DNA from: Eledone cirrhosa
Taxonomy: Eukaryota
Reading direction: 5' to 3'
Assembly (NCBI GenBank): GCA_964016885.1
Contig: OZ024740.1
Location: 230,578,001 to 230,642,000 of the forward strand
DNA: 64,000 nt
The translations under genes were made by a program, and so were the position numbers. Below, piece by piece: positions 38,633 through 51,000 of the stretch (positions within the stretch are counted from its first letter, which is position 1; the number at the start of each line of letters is the position of its first letter). Below the pieces are notes generated by a model. That model saw only the letters and a list, made by a program, of their open reading frames with translations. It had not been told where the DNA came from and made no database searches.

Positions 38633-40218
38633 TATAGTTCAACATCATCAATATCATTTAACATCTATTTTCCACGCTTGCATGGGTTAGATGGCTTGTC
38701 ATGTTATGAGATAAGTTAGGTCAGATGTTTTGGCTAGGTTTCTATGGTTGACAGTCCTTCTTAAAGCCAACCATATTACATGGAGAGAAACAAATTACTT
38801 CACTGTCATTTTTACATTGACATTCCACACTAAAGTAAAAAATCTGCCTCAAACTAGGGGGCTCATCAGGCCGGTGTTTATTTTGGTTTTGTGGCACGCA
38901 GCAACTGAGAATACAAGACTTACCTCTGGACAGGAGGCCAGTCCATCACAGGGTTAAAACCCCAGCTTTTGCTGTTACTCGTTTTTAGCTGAATATACTG
39001 AGGCAATGTGAAATGAAGTGTAAAACACACAAACCAGTCCAGAAATCAAACACACGACATTATGACCGTAAGTCCAACACCCTTACCACTAGGTCATATG
39101 ATCAAACTGATCAGTTTCTTAAACTATCTTGTACTAACACTCCCTATTCGAGAATATATTCTGTCGGCTCCCCTGCCCCTTGTAAAGTTGACCAATATAT
39201 ATGCAAGAAGTACATCACATGGATGTGACATAAGATTATTGGGAGGAAGTGGGGAAGTCAGGACTTTCCACATCAGACAACCCTGTGTCCCGCAACTGCC
39301 AATAGATAAAACATTTTTAATCCCCGCACTGTAAAAATTGATTTAAAACAATTATACATTGAAAATGAAATTGAAATAATTCAAACTTTGAGAGCCACAA
39401 AAATGCAAAATGGATGAATAAACACATCTTGTTTCATCTCACTTATTTGTTTATCTGTCCATTTCCCATTGTCGTGGCTTTCAAACTTCAAATTGTTTAT
39501 ACCATAAATAATGCTTCAAGTAAACTACAAATTTCTCCTTTTAAATTGAAATAATTTTTTAAAAGCATTTTTGAATAACTAAAGGCGACAGTTTTACAAC
39601 ATTTGTATTTTTTGCCCAGTTCCTCCCTCACCGCCTTCTAATGACATCACCTCACCACCATTAATTTGCCTCCCAGTACCTTTATTAAGTCTTCCATTGA
39701 CCCACTCCACCCATTTTGTGAGCTACTAAAATAGAGTAGTATCATCGCGTATCATTCCATATGGTCGACATTTTTCCCTTCTACCTATTAATTCTGAAAA
39801 AAGGCCATGGGTTTGAGATGTAGTCATCTGACCTGTCGAGTATCAGAACATGACAACTTATCCAACCCATGCCAATGTGGTAAACATATATAAAACAGTG
39901 AGTGATGATGGTGATGAGAACACTGTATCCAATACTGTCTATATACTCATAGTTATTCTCAATATGATGGTGGTGGCATTGTGGTTAGAGAGTTGGATTC
40001 ACCATCATGAGGTGGAAAGTTCAATTCCTGAGCCGAGCAGTGTGTTATGACCTTGAGAAACACGCTTTATTTTCACATTGCTCTATCTGCCAAGTGTTGC
40101 AACCAGTAGACAGTATCAGCAATTGGAAAGACTAATGGAAACATTGTTTCCTTGGTCTGATTTGATGAGTTCCACTTCATTCAGTAAGCAAATGAGGTAA
40201 GGGATCTATTTGATTCAG

Positions 40219-41090
40219 ATCATCATCATCACCATTTTACGTCCGTTCTTCCACTCTAGCATGGGTGAGACGGGTTATCCTGTTGTGGGCAGTAGCCGGT
40301 CATCGCCTTTGAGAGGTGTAATTGGGTAAGGTTGGCTTTTATCACCTCATCCCAGGTCTTCTTGGGTCTCCCCACTCCGCGGTTTCCATTGACTTCTAAT
40401 GCTCTGCACCTTTTTATGCAGCTGTCATCCTTCATACGCATCACATGTCCATACCAATGCAACCTCCTCTCCTGCACACAGCATTTGATTCCTCTTATGC
40501 TCAGTCTCTCTCTCAATTCGTTTATGCTTTGCCGTTCGCGTATATTACTATTACACATTTATTGGCGCATGCAGGCTTCGTTTCTTTCTAATCTACGCAA
40601 GTCTTCCACAGACAGCGCCTAGGTCTCACTACCATGTAACATTGCTGTTCGTATACACGCATCATACAGTCTGCCTTTCATTTTGAGGGAAAAGCCTTTT
40701 CCAGCTAGCAGTGACAGTAGCTCCCTGAACTTCTTCCATCCCGTTCTTACCCTAGTTATTGTACTTTCCGAACACCCACCTCTGCTGCTAATTCGGTCAC
40801 CTAGGTAGCAGAAGCTGTCTACTGTTTCTACAGAGCCTTCCCAGAGTTTGGTGGTACTTGTTTCCTGTGGCTGTTTGCTGCTTGCTGTCCAAGCACAGCT
40901 GCTACATGTGAAGCCTACATTCTTAGTTAAGCTTCCTGAGATCCCACTACATCTCTTGTGTACCCATTGTTTGCATTTGGAGCAGAAGATGGAGTTCCTA
41001 CCTACACCTTTCCTACATACTGAGCAAGGCCATTTCCCTGAGGGGATCTGGGTTCTGTTTTCTTGTCTACTTACAAGGACCTTCATATTT
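40219..41090 (-). mobile_element. Decayed RTE LINE 3' fragment with PHD-like finger
   Basis: WPCSVCRKG...CSKCKQWVHKRC...CSSC, FCYLG and RLHWYGHV motifs. Confidence 0.92.
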
Positions 41091-41419
41091 GTGATATCAT
41101 TTGTTCCACTTAAACCAAAATATATATATAAACTTAGGGACAATGGTGGTGGATTGACAGTAGCAGTAGTGTTGGACAATATGCTTCAGACCATACAGTT
41201 ATGACCTTTCATGTAGTTCAAATCCCGCTGAGGTTAACTTTGACATTCATCCTTATTGGGTCAATAAAATAAATACCAGTAACACACTGAGGTCCATTTA
41301 ATCAACTTTCACCTCCCCCAAAATTGTTGATCTTGTGCCTCAATCAGAGACCATTATTATTTTTATTAATTTGCTATCTCACTCGTTGATGTTATTTTAC
41401 CAGAAATTTTACCCTAATG

Positions 41420-41915
41420 AACATCAAGCCGTTACCTGCAGCCTAAGATATTCAGGATGTATTGGAGGGTTCTTGCTGTTCCCAGTAGGCATGCCTTCTG
41501 GAGTGTCCCAAAAAAGGGGGCTGGGCTAATGTTCTTTAACCTGCCTTGGAAACTCTTTGAGATAGTACCTAGTGCTCCTATGATGATGTGGATGACCTTG
41601 ATCTCATGGCAGTTCCAAATTCTTTTCAGTTCCCACTTTAAATCCTGGTACCGGTTAATTTTCTCCTTCTCCTTATTTTGCACTCTTATGTGAAAGGGGC
41701 AAGCTACATCTATAATCAAGCAAGATCTTTTATCCTTTTCAAAAACCACCAAGTCAGGCTTATTGTGTTCTAATTCTTTGTCCATTTGTATCCTGAAATC
41801 CCACAACACCTTCACCCCATTGTTTTCTATCACCGACTCTGGCTTATGCTTGTACCATTCCTCAGAATGAGGTAATTTGTTCAGTTTGCATAAATGCCAG
41901 TAAGTCACCTTTCCT
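41420..41915 (-). mobile_element. 3' fragment of a restriction-like-endonuclease non-LTR retrotransposon
   Basis: LWDF..HNKPDLVV..IIDVACP..EKEKINRYQDL..IIIGALG..LQKACLLGT. Confidence 0.85.
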
Positions 41916-42666
41916 GAGATATCATGCCTCTATCCTTTATAATGAGTCTGGGCTATGTGTTTACACTCGGAAACAATGTGAGCCACAGTTTCCTCTCTTT
42001 CTCTACATATCCTACAGAGCAGGCTAGCCTATTATTATTATTATTATTATTATCATTATTATTATTATTATTTCACTTATTTCATTGTTATTCTGACAGT
42101 TTTGGATTACTATATATCAAGCCATATCCTGCAGTCTTAGATTTCCAGTGTCTTTCTGAAGATACTTCTCTCTGTGCCAAACAAACTGCCTTTCTGTAGA
42201 CTCAGGAAATTCCTATGAATATCCAAAATCTTTAACCAGCCATTTAGACTTCTTGCTACTGGCAGTTCCAAATTCTCTCTATTTCTATATTTTAGGTGTT
42301 GGTATTTTTTTACTTTCCCCCATCTCTGTCTACCATTCTTGTATGAAACAGGCAAGTAACATCGATTAACACACTCTTTCCTCTTTATTCAGTCTAACAA
42401 TATCTGGTCATGAATGTTCCAGTTGCCTATTGCATTTGAATCTTCATATCTTATAGTACACTTACATTGTTATTATAATTATAATCACCACCACTATATC
42501 CACCACATTCACCCGCATCACCACAATATCTAACACATTCAATACCACCAACACCATATCCACCACATCCAGCTCCTTATCATCATCATATCCGCCACCA
42601 CCATCACCACAAAAACCATATCCAGTCACCACCATCATCATTGGGTATATATATATATATATATAC

Positions 42667-42724
<58 letters not shown>

Positions 42725-43154
42725 GATTTCAATGAAAGTAAGGAATTTTAATGGAAATATTTGTATTGTTGGAAAGACCGTAATGCTGGTCGGAAAAAAA
42801 ATCAATAGATGTCAGTGGACATTGATTATAGAAATACTTGATCTGTTGCTGGAGCTGGCAGTGTTGTTGTTGTTGTCCTTAGAGGTTTGAAACGAGAACT
42901 CATAATATTCATGTTTTATCATAGGACAGTAAGGACGGTGAATATTCAGAATTATTATGTTTAACTAAGGCTGGTATTCCATAGGGAATATAAGCATTAG
43001 TTAAGTGTAGCTGTTAGTTATCTGGTGGGTATGATGCCAATCCCTGGGTCAATCAGTAAGCTCGCCCCCCCCCCTCTCTATATATATATATGTATATATA
43101 TATATATACACACACACACACATACATATATATATGCGTTTTGTTTGTTCTTTT

Positions 43155-43200
<46 letters not shown>

Positions 43201-43356
43201 GAAAGCAGCGATTCTTTGCTTAAACTTTAATCTGTTATTTTAATAAATATTTGCTCTACGGTTCTTATATATTTGATATATATTTATCCTTATCGAGCCC
43301 TCTTTGGATTTTAGTCTTCAAATTTATTATTATTACTATATATATATATATATATA

Positions 43357-45506
43357 TCATCATCATTCATCATCATCATTTTACGTCCGCTTTTCCCTGC
43401 TTGCAAGGGTGGGACGGGTCTTATTCAGCACAGCATCTCTCCACTCGTCACGGTCCCTCGTCATCTCCACCGTGAGCTTCAATGATCTGAGGTCTGTTCT
43501 CACCACCTCCACCCATGTTTTTCGTGGTCTACCTCTACTACGTCTTCCTTCAACTGGCATTTCCTGGCACTTCTTCACCCATCGGTCATCCTCCATGCGC
43601 ATCACATGTCCATACCACCTCAGTCTCCTCTCCCGTACACTACATTCTATCCCTCTCAGACACAGTTTCTCTCTCAACACATTTATGCTGGGTCGTTCAC
43701 GCACATTTACACTGCACATCCAACGGAGCATGCTTGCCTCATTTCTCTCCAGCCGTCGCATATCTTCTGCGGTAGCTGCCCATGTCTCACTACCATGCAG
43801 CATCGCGCTCCTCACACAGGCATCATACAACCGGCCTTTCGTACGCAGGGAGAAACCCTTCTTCGTCAACAGAGGAAGCAGCTCCCTAAACTTCTTCCAA
43901 CCCGTCCTTATTCTAGATACTATGGCCTCGGAACACCCTCCTCCCATGCTAATCTGATCTCCTAGGTACCGGAAGCTATCCACCACTTCTATAGCGCCCT
44001 CTCGCATTTGAAAAATGTGTCTATCAGTGCGACTTCTACTGTCTAATTTCCCTGTACATCTACTGCATACATATTTCTCCCTACCTGTTAGTTTGCCTGC
44101 TATCCCGCTACATCTCTTGTGTACCCAGGAACTACATTGTGTGCATTTTATAGAATTTATGCCAGTTCCTTTTCTGCATATCGAACATGGCCATTTCCCT
44201 GACGGAATCAGGGTTTTGTCCTCTTTTCTACTCATCAACACTTTTGTCTTAGCTAGATTTACTCTCAGTCCTCTTGCTTCCAACTGCTGTTTCCATAGCC
44301 GGAATTTATTCTCTAGCTCCTCTACTGATTCTGCCATAAGAGCCAGATCGTCAGCATAGAGAAGTTCCCATGGACAGCCAGTCTTAAACTCCTCTGTTAT
44401 GGCTTGGAGGACTATAATGAACAAGAGCGGGCTGAGGACCGAACCCTGATGTACTCCTACTTGTATCTGGAATTCCTCACTAAACTCCATTCCTACCCTG
44501 ACTTTACTGAGAGTACCTCTGTACAAAGTTTGCACTGTCCTTACAAGCCATTCCTCAACACCCTGCTTCCTTAGGGACCACCAGATGACAGATCGGGGTA
44601 CCCTATCAAAGGCCTTCTCTAGGTCAACAAAGGCCAAGTATAGTGGCTTATTCTTCTCTAAGAACCTCTCTTGCATTTGTCTCACCAAGAAGAGGGCATC
44701 TGTTGTACTCTTCCCAGGCACAAAACCAAACTGCATCTCATCTAGTTTGACCCTTTCTCTAATTAGTTGTGCTAAAATCCTTTCTGCCACTTTCATAACC
44801 TGATCTATCAGTTTTATACCCCTATAATTGCTCCTCTCCAAAGCATCCCCTTTACCTTTGTAGCAATTTATGAGAATACTGCTGCACCAGTCTTTGGGTA
44901 TGACACCACCATATATAGCCTGATTGATTATGCGTGCAACCAGTTTAGTGCCTACGTCCCCTGATGCCTTCAGCATCTCAGCAACTATTCCCGATGGTCC
45001 GGCCGCCTTACCATTTTTCATTTCCCTAATCGCCTCTTGGACCCTATATTCGTCAATCTCAATAGCTGGTCCCTCTGTCGGATCTACCAAGGGTAATTTC
45101 TCTCTCTCCCATTCGTTCTCCACATTCATCAGTCTCTCATAATGGCATTTCCAGGCCTCCTTTTTCTGGTCATTCGTGACACTAAGTACACCGGCATCAT
45201 CCCGGACACATTTATCACCAACAACATCCTGATTTGCATTGACACACTGCCTTGCAATGTGGAACACCGCACGCCTCTGATCTTCCCGTCGCAGAACATT
45301 GGCAAACCTCCTACTCTCTGCCTCCCTGCGTGCTAAGTACACCTGACGTCTAGCTTCTCTCTTAGTGGCTGTATATTCTTCCCTACTCCCACCCTTATTC
45401 CAAGCCTTCCATGCTAGTCTTTTGTCTCTAATAGCCTTATCTACACTGCTGTTCCACCACCAGGTCACTCTCTGTCTGGTTGGGGCTCTGCTCCAGCCAC
45501 AAGTTT
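43357..45506 (-). mobile_element. 5'-truncated RTE-clade LINE with (ATG)n tail
   Basis: Uninterrupted RT ORF. 3' (ATG)n tail abuts (TA)n. No APE domain present. Confidence 0.95.
43381..45468 (-). CDS. RTE reverse transcriptase ORF (695 aa, partial) with internal PHD-like finger
   Basis: NYRGI, QFGF, DLEKAFD, GVHQGSVLSPLLF, YADD and FRYLG motifs, plus the RTE C-terminal RLRWYGHV and GRPRKTW motifs. Confidence 0.93.
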   Translation of the reverse strand: MTWWWNSSVDKAIRDKRLAWKAWNKGGSREEYTATKREARRQVYLARREAESRRFANVLRREDQRRAVFHIARQCVNANQDVVGDKCVRDDAGVLSVTNDQKKEAWKCHYERLMNVENEWEREKLPLVDPTEGPAIEIDEYRVQEAIREMKNGKAAGPSGIVAEMLKASGDVGTKLVARIINQAIYGGVIPKDWCSSILINCYKGKGDALERSNYRGIKLIDQVMKVAERILAQLIRERVKLDEMQFGFVPGKSTTDALFLVRQMQERFLEKNKPLYLAFVDLEKAFDRVPRSVIWWSLRKQGVEEWLVRTVQTLYRGTLSKVRVGMEFSEEFQIQVGVHQGSVLSPLLFIIVLQAITEEFKTGCPWELLYADDLALMAESVEELENKFRLWKQQLEARGLRVNLAKTKVLMSRKEDKTLIPSGKWPCSICRKGTGINSIKCTQCSSWVHKRCSGIAGKLTGREKYVCSRCTGKLDSRSRTDRHIFQMREGAIEVVDSFRYLGDQISMGGGCSEAIVSRIRTGWKKFRELLPLLTKKGFSLRTKGRLYDACVRSAMLHGSETWAATAEDMRRLERNEASMLRWMCSVNVRERPSINVLREKLCLRGIECSVRERRLRWYGHVMRMEDDRWVKKCQEMPVEGRRSRGRPRKTWVEVVRTDLRSLKLTVEMTRDRDEWRDAVLNKTRPTLASREKRT

Positions 45507-45751
45507 ATGACAAACTTCTGATATAATATTTGTGTTTGAGGGCGGTCAATTGGCAGTATCGGTAGAGGGTTGGACGCCATGCTTTCAAGCATAGTTACGT
45601 CCCTTTACAGTCTGAGTTCAAATCCCGCCGAGGTTAACTTTGCCTTTCATCCTTACGGGGTCGATAAAATAAAGTACCAGTAATGTACTGGGTAATTGCT
45701 GGCCTTGTGCCTAAAGTAGAAACAATTATATTTGTGTTTGACCTTTACTAT

Positions 45752-45800
45752 ATACGCTGATGATTCCGGCCTTGGGCTAGGATGAAACAATCGTAAGTGA
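45752..45800 (+). ncRNA. Slightly degenerate minimal hammerhead ribozyme
   Basis: CTGATGA-TTCCGGCC-TTG-GGCTAGGAT-GAAAC-AATC-GTA-AGTG, with one mismatch closing stem I. Confidence 0.6.
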
Positions 45801-45914
45801 TCAAATGTTTTAAACACTCTTTGATTGTTATTTATAAAGTATTTTGGCTCTGTAATATACTTGTTATTTTACTTTGAATTATTCTCATACTTGATAATAT
45901 TTAATATTACCCAC

Positions 45915-45954
<40 letters not shown>

Positions 45955-46155
45955 AGAGTCAGGACCCGACAGCTAAGCTTTTGCCATTTCAACAGCTAGG
46001 TCCAGACTGTTAAAACAGCAAGAGTTCATCTGTCGGGCTCTGACACCTTATAATATAATCATACTCTATTACTCCAAGTATCAAGTACTCTGTTGAGTAA
46101 TGCTCTAACCAGTTTCAAACTGAATCCATCCTGATTTATTTATATATATATATAT

Positions 46156-46352
46156 ATATGAAAAGATTCAGGACCCCGATGGCTGAGCTCTGGCCATTTC
46201 GACAGCTAGATCTGAATTTGGATCTAGCTGTCAAACCGGTCGGAGCTCAGCCATAGGGGTCTTGAATCTTTTCATATTACCCACTCTGCTACCCCAAGTA
46301 TCGAGTACTATGGTGTGTTATGGTGCACCTGGTTTTTTACCACACCCTATCT
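46156..46352 (+). mobile_element. Family A fold-back element (a second copy is adjacent at 45953-46135)
   Basis: Palindrome 46156-46277 followed by the tail seen reversed at 2361-2437, with (TA)n flanks. Confidence 0.7.
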
Positions 46353-47374
46353 GAAATATATATATATAAGATAGATTGGATAAGTTGATAATACAATCCT
46401 ATAAAGCAAAGATTTATTCAAATCTCAAATGTGATTTTATTATCCACAGTGAGATTGGCAAAAGACAGTTAAGATTTTAATCCAATGTAAATTTCCTGTT
46501 ATAGTAGTGTTACAACAACACAGAGCATATATAACATTATCCTGACTGTATTGAAGATGTTTATGTTTTCAATTTTTTTCATATTTGGAGATGTTCAGAC
46601 ATGTGGGTGGTGAATAATTATCTTGTATCATTTAATGATTCTGAGGAATTCAGTACATAGGAATAAAATGCTACTTCCTTCTGTATTTGAAAGAAACGTT
46701 TGTGAATCTTTTAAATATTGTAATTAAACACTGGTTATTTTTTATTCTTTACCCATGCTAGTGTGGAAAATAGACGTTAAATGATGATGATGATAATGGT
46801 TTCTGATTTAGGCACAAGGCCAACAATTTTGGGGGAGAGGGGCAAGTCAATTAACTCAACCCCAGTGCATTACTGGTACTTTATTTTATCAACTCCGTAA
46901 GGATAAAAGGCAAAGTTAACCTCAGCAGGATTTGAACTCAGAACGTAAAGGGATGTGACTCTATGTCATCTGATGCTCTACTAGATACTGCCAATCCACC
47001 ACCCTCATAATAATAATGGTTTCTGATTTAGGTACAAGGTTAACAATTTTTGGGAAAGGGGAAAGTTGATTAAACCCTAGTGTGTTGCAAGCACTTTAGT
47101 TTATCGACCCTGTAAGGATGAAAATTAATCTCAGCAGGATTTGAACTCAGAACATAAAGGGATGTAACTACAAACTGCAAACCATGCAGTCTGACACTCT
47201 GTTGACTCTGCCAAATAATAAAAGTAATAATTGAGATTCCTACTTACAGACATACAAATGTTAATAGGAAAGTGTTTACACATATCCAGTATTGATTTCT
47301 TCCTACTGAAGCACAAGGTGAAATGTTTATAAGAGGAGAGAGAATAATCAATTAAACTGACATATATATACAAC

Positions 47375-48035
47375 TGGTACCACTCCCCTGCTTTCTCTGG
47401 ATGACTGAGACACTCGTCCTCTCAAGGAAGCCTGCACAGTGCACTCTACATGTGAATGGAGTTCCACTGAAGCAGGTAGAGAAGGTCAAGTATCTTGGAG
47501 CTGTGTTCACGAGTGATGGAAAGCAGGAGTTGCAGGAGCTGGTGCAGTAATGCGCCAGCTTCAGCAGTCAGTAATCAGAAGAAGGGAGGTAGGTGTAAAA
47601 GCCAAACTTCCTATCTTCAATTTGGTATTTGTGCCAATCCTTACCTATGGTCATGAATCTTGGGTAATAACCAAAAGAATATGATCGCATTTGCAAGTGG
47701 CCGAAATGGGTCTTTGGAGTAATGTTACTCGATAGAGTGCATAGCTCAGAGAGTCACACCAGGTAGAGCCACTACTTCTCCAGATTAATAGATCATAGCT
47801 CCAATACTATGAGCATGTGGTTAGAATGTCTCAGGAAAGAATCACTGGACAGATTTTACAAGCAAAACCAACTGGCAAGAGACCCAGAGGAAGATGGTTA
47901 GATAACATCCATGAGCTTCACTGGTCTCGCTTGGAGATCCAGTTGGAGACGGTTGCTTCTAATAGGACTCACTGGAAGGAGTGTTTGAGGACTCTGCTCC
48001 CACAATCCTCTCAAGAATAAATGGGCGAAGAAGAA
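47375..48035 (+). mobile_element. Decayed RTE-type LINE fragment of another family
   Basis: LHVNGVPLKQVEKVKYLG, LTYGHESW, PTGKRPRGRW. A related fragment lies at about 1955-2110. Confidence 0.75.
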
Positions 48036-51000
48036 GTTATTGTTTTAAGGTCAGATTTCCTTAGCCAATCCCAAGACTTCTCTTTATGGGTTGTGTCTAG
48101 CATTTTTCTCACAAATTGTCCATACATTATTATTCCTTTCCTAATAATACACCCAGTTATTATTAGACTGTTTTATTTTATCAAAGCTACAGCAAAATCG
48201 TCTAATTCAATTTTCAAATTTCATTCACTATTTTCTAAACCTACATTATTCGTAATTTAATATATTTCACCATCATGTGAATTATGCTAAATTATGCTCC
48301 AAACCCTAGAGGCTTTTCTACCGAAGTATCAAAGTGGTCTTAGACAGATAGTCTTACATGACACAAACTGAGTAGATTACCATATATACTGGGGTATAAA
48401 TCACAAAGTGTCCCATAAAAATACATGAAAAACTAGCATGCAACTTAGCTACTATACCTACAAAACTATCATTCAAAATAGATAATACAGCGTAAATGTT
48501 GTATGTAAAATTGAAGTGTGACTTATACACAAATATATGCAATATATTAGGCCAATAAAAGTTAGCCGACACTGAAGGCTACCAGATAAAGACAAAAGTC
48601 TTGTAAAAGCTGGAAAGAAATATGAACAATAAACTATAAGTCCGTTATGTTGTGGTACAAGCATCATAAAGATAGATCAAGTTCAACTGAACAGAAAATT
48701 AAGAAATGTGATCATGGGAAAATAGAAACTAAACCAAATGTCAAACTGACAATTAATGTTAACCAGAGCAAAGGTAAGCTATGGAATATAGTTACGATAG
48801 TGACCTTTATATATCAGAAATCAATAAAGACAGAATAAACCAATGAAATACTATAATCCTGCTGCATCCAATGCAGTCAAGCATGAAAACAAAAACAACA
48901 ACAAGCTATGGCTCAAGGGCAACTGTAATTTCACAAGTATTTACAATATAATAGGATGCAACATGACCAAATGATTTTGAAGTTTGATTCCCAATTATGA
49001 GGTTCCAGGTTCAATCCCACTGAATGTAATATTGGGCAAGTGTTTTTAACCATTACTTTGAGTCAACACAAGCATTGTGAATGAAACTGGGTAGAAAGAA
49101 ACTGTTGGATGGACAGTAAATGAAAGAGACAGCCTTATACACTGTGTCAAACTGAATTGCCCTGAAAATTACAGAGTGTACTGGGTGCATTTTATTGTGG
49201 TACCAGCACTACTAGTTTACAGCATGGACATACACACAATATTAACATGTGGATCTCATGATGAGCTTCAGAGAGCCAGTACTTCTGTTGACAACAAATG
49301 GTTTCTCTTTATGAATGAAAGGCCAGGTGTATAATACCTGTGTGAGAAGTTGCAGTTTTGTATATGGAGGGGGATAGTAAATGTTGAGAACTGAAGTATT
49401 TTCTGGAAGTTGAGGATATGAGATTGCCAAAAAAAATCATCAATGATGGTGAGGACTAACATTCACAGCTGGATTAACTTTCTTCTTCTTCACTCAATTT
49501 ATTGCTGAAAGTTTGTTGAGGAAGAGTTCTCAAACACTCCTTCCAATGGATCCTGCCAGAAGCAACTGTCTCGGGATCATTAATGGATTAAGGGTGGTGG
49601 CCTGGCAGTATCGGTAGAGGGTCGGACGCCATGCTTTCCAGCATAGTTACGTCCCTTTACGATCCGAGTTCAAATCCCGCCGAGGTTGACTTTGCCTTTC
49701 ATCCTTACGGGGTCGATAAAATAAAGTACCAGTAATGCACTGGGTAATTGCTGGCCTTGTGCCTAAAGTAGAAACATTAATGGATTATCCATTAAACAAA
49801 AAAAACACATGGTTAGTGTGTCAAGGGAAGAGAAGCACCATTTTATTCAAATAAAATGTATTTGTCATTCTCTGCCAATTTATTTAATTTATTTTTTTAG
49901 GTTTTTATTTTTTGCAGATTTTATATATAGTGGATACCATAATCCTTTAAGTATTTAGGGTTCAAAAGGATTTATTCCAGCTAACAATTGTTGCAGCTTT
50001 GAGGTTTTTAGTTGCACAAGAGAGAAGAGAGCTGTCACACCCAAAATTAGGGATATAAAAGGGATATAAAAGTACAAATAGAAACTGTTTTTAAAATATC
50101 AAAACTAATAATTATCCATAACAATAAATTTATACTGACTGAAATAGAAAAAATTACATTTTTATTACCCTATGTAATGTTTTCTATTTGATTAACTTTT
50201 TTTTATATATTTGCCCGAAGTAGGGTGCTTGGTTGTTTCAGCGCTTTAGCCTCACCATCACTCGCGGTAATGCTGTCAGCATGTTGGCTTGCCTCAAAAA
50301 CTTACGATGACCCTTGTGGTGTGTGACCGATTGACACACTTCGTGTTGAATTGATATTTTTTCGTTCTTCCCCGCTTTGGGTGTGTATTTTTGTGTATTA
50401 TATCTATAAGGTTCCTAGCAATAATTAATTGATTACATATATGTACTTCTATTTAATTTTATATATTTATTTTATGATAATAAAACGATTTAACTAGTTT
50501 GAAAGTAGGTTTTGATAGTTTGATTCATATACAATAAAAGGGTTATGTGTTAATGTTAAAATTAGGGAGAAGGGCTTGATACAGGTCTATTGATCTACAA
50601 TTTCATCCTTTAACGAAAGCAATTATTATGACAATACGAAGCGATATCCAATATGATACGTATTATTTCAACATAGAACAATTGAAAATAAATACAGTTT
50701 ATACGAATATGAGTATTTACGAAATATATACAATGTGTGGATGTGTATGTGCAAAAACAAAAATGAATCAGATCGTCAAGTGTTTGTTCGGAGAATTTTG
50801 TCTGGGATAGCCAGAATTTTTTTTAAGGGTTGGTGGGTGTTAATTTATTTTATAAAGCTGTTTATAGAAAAACAACACATACTATTAAAGGGAACAAAAG
50901 CGAAAAAAAGAAAAAATCCAGGCAACGAAAAAAAGGGAGAGGGCGAGGGACAGGCACTACATCCCAATCTGAGCGGTACCTCAGCCACGCGCCCCGTGGA

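Noticed and set aside
42720-43070. Possible additional PLE coding remnant between TA tracts
   Set aside because: Too degenerate to assign any motif with confidence.
43304-45336. Plus-strand ORFs overlapping the RTE
   Set aside because: They are antisense shadows of the RT reading frame.
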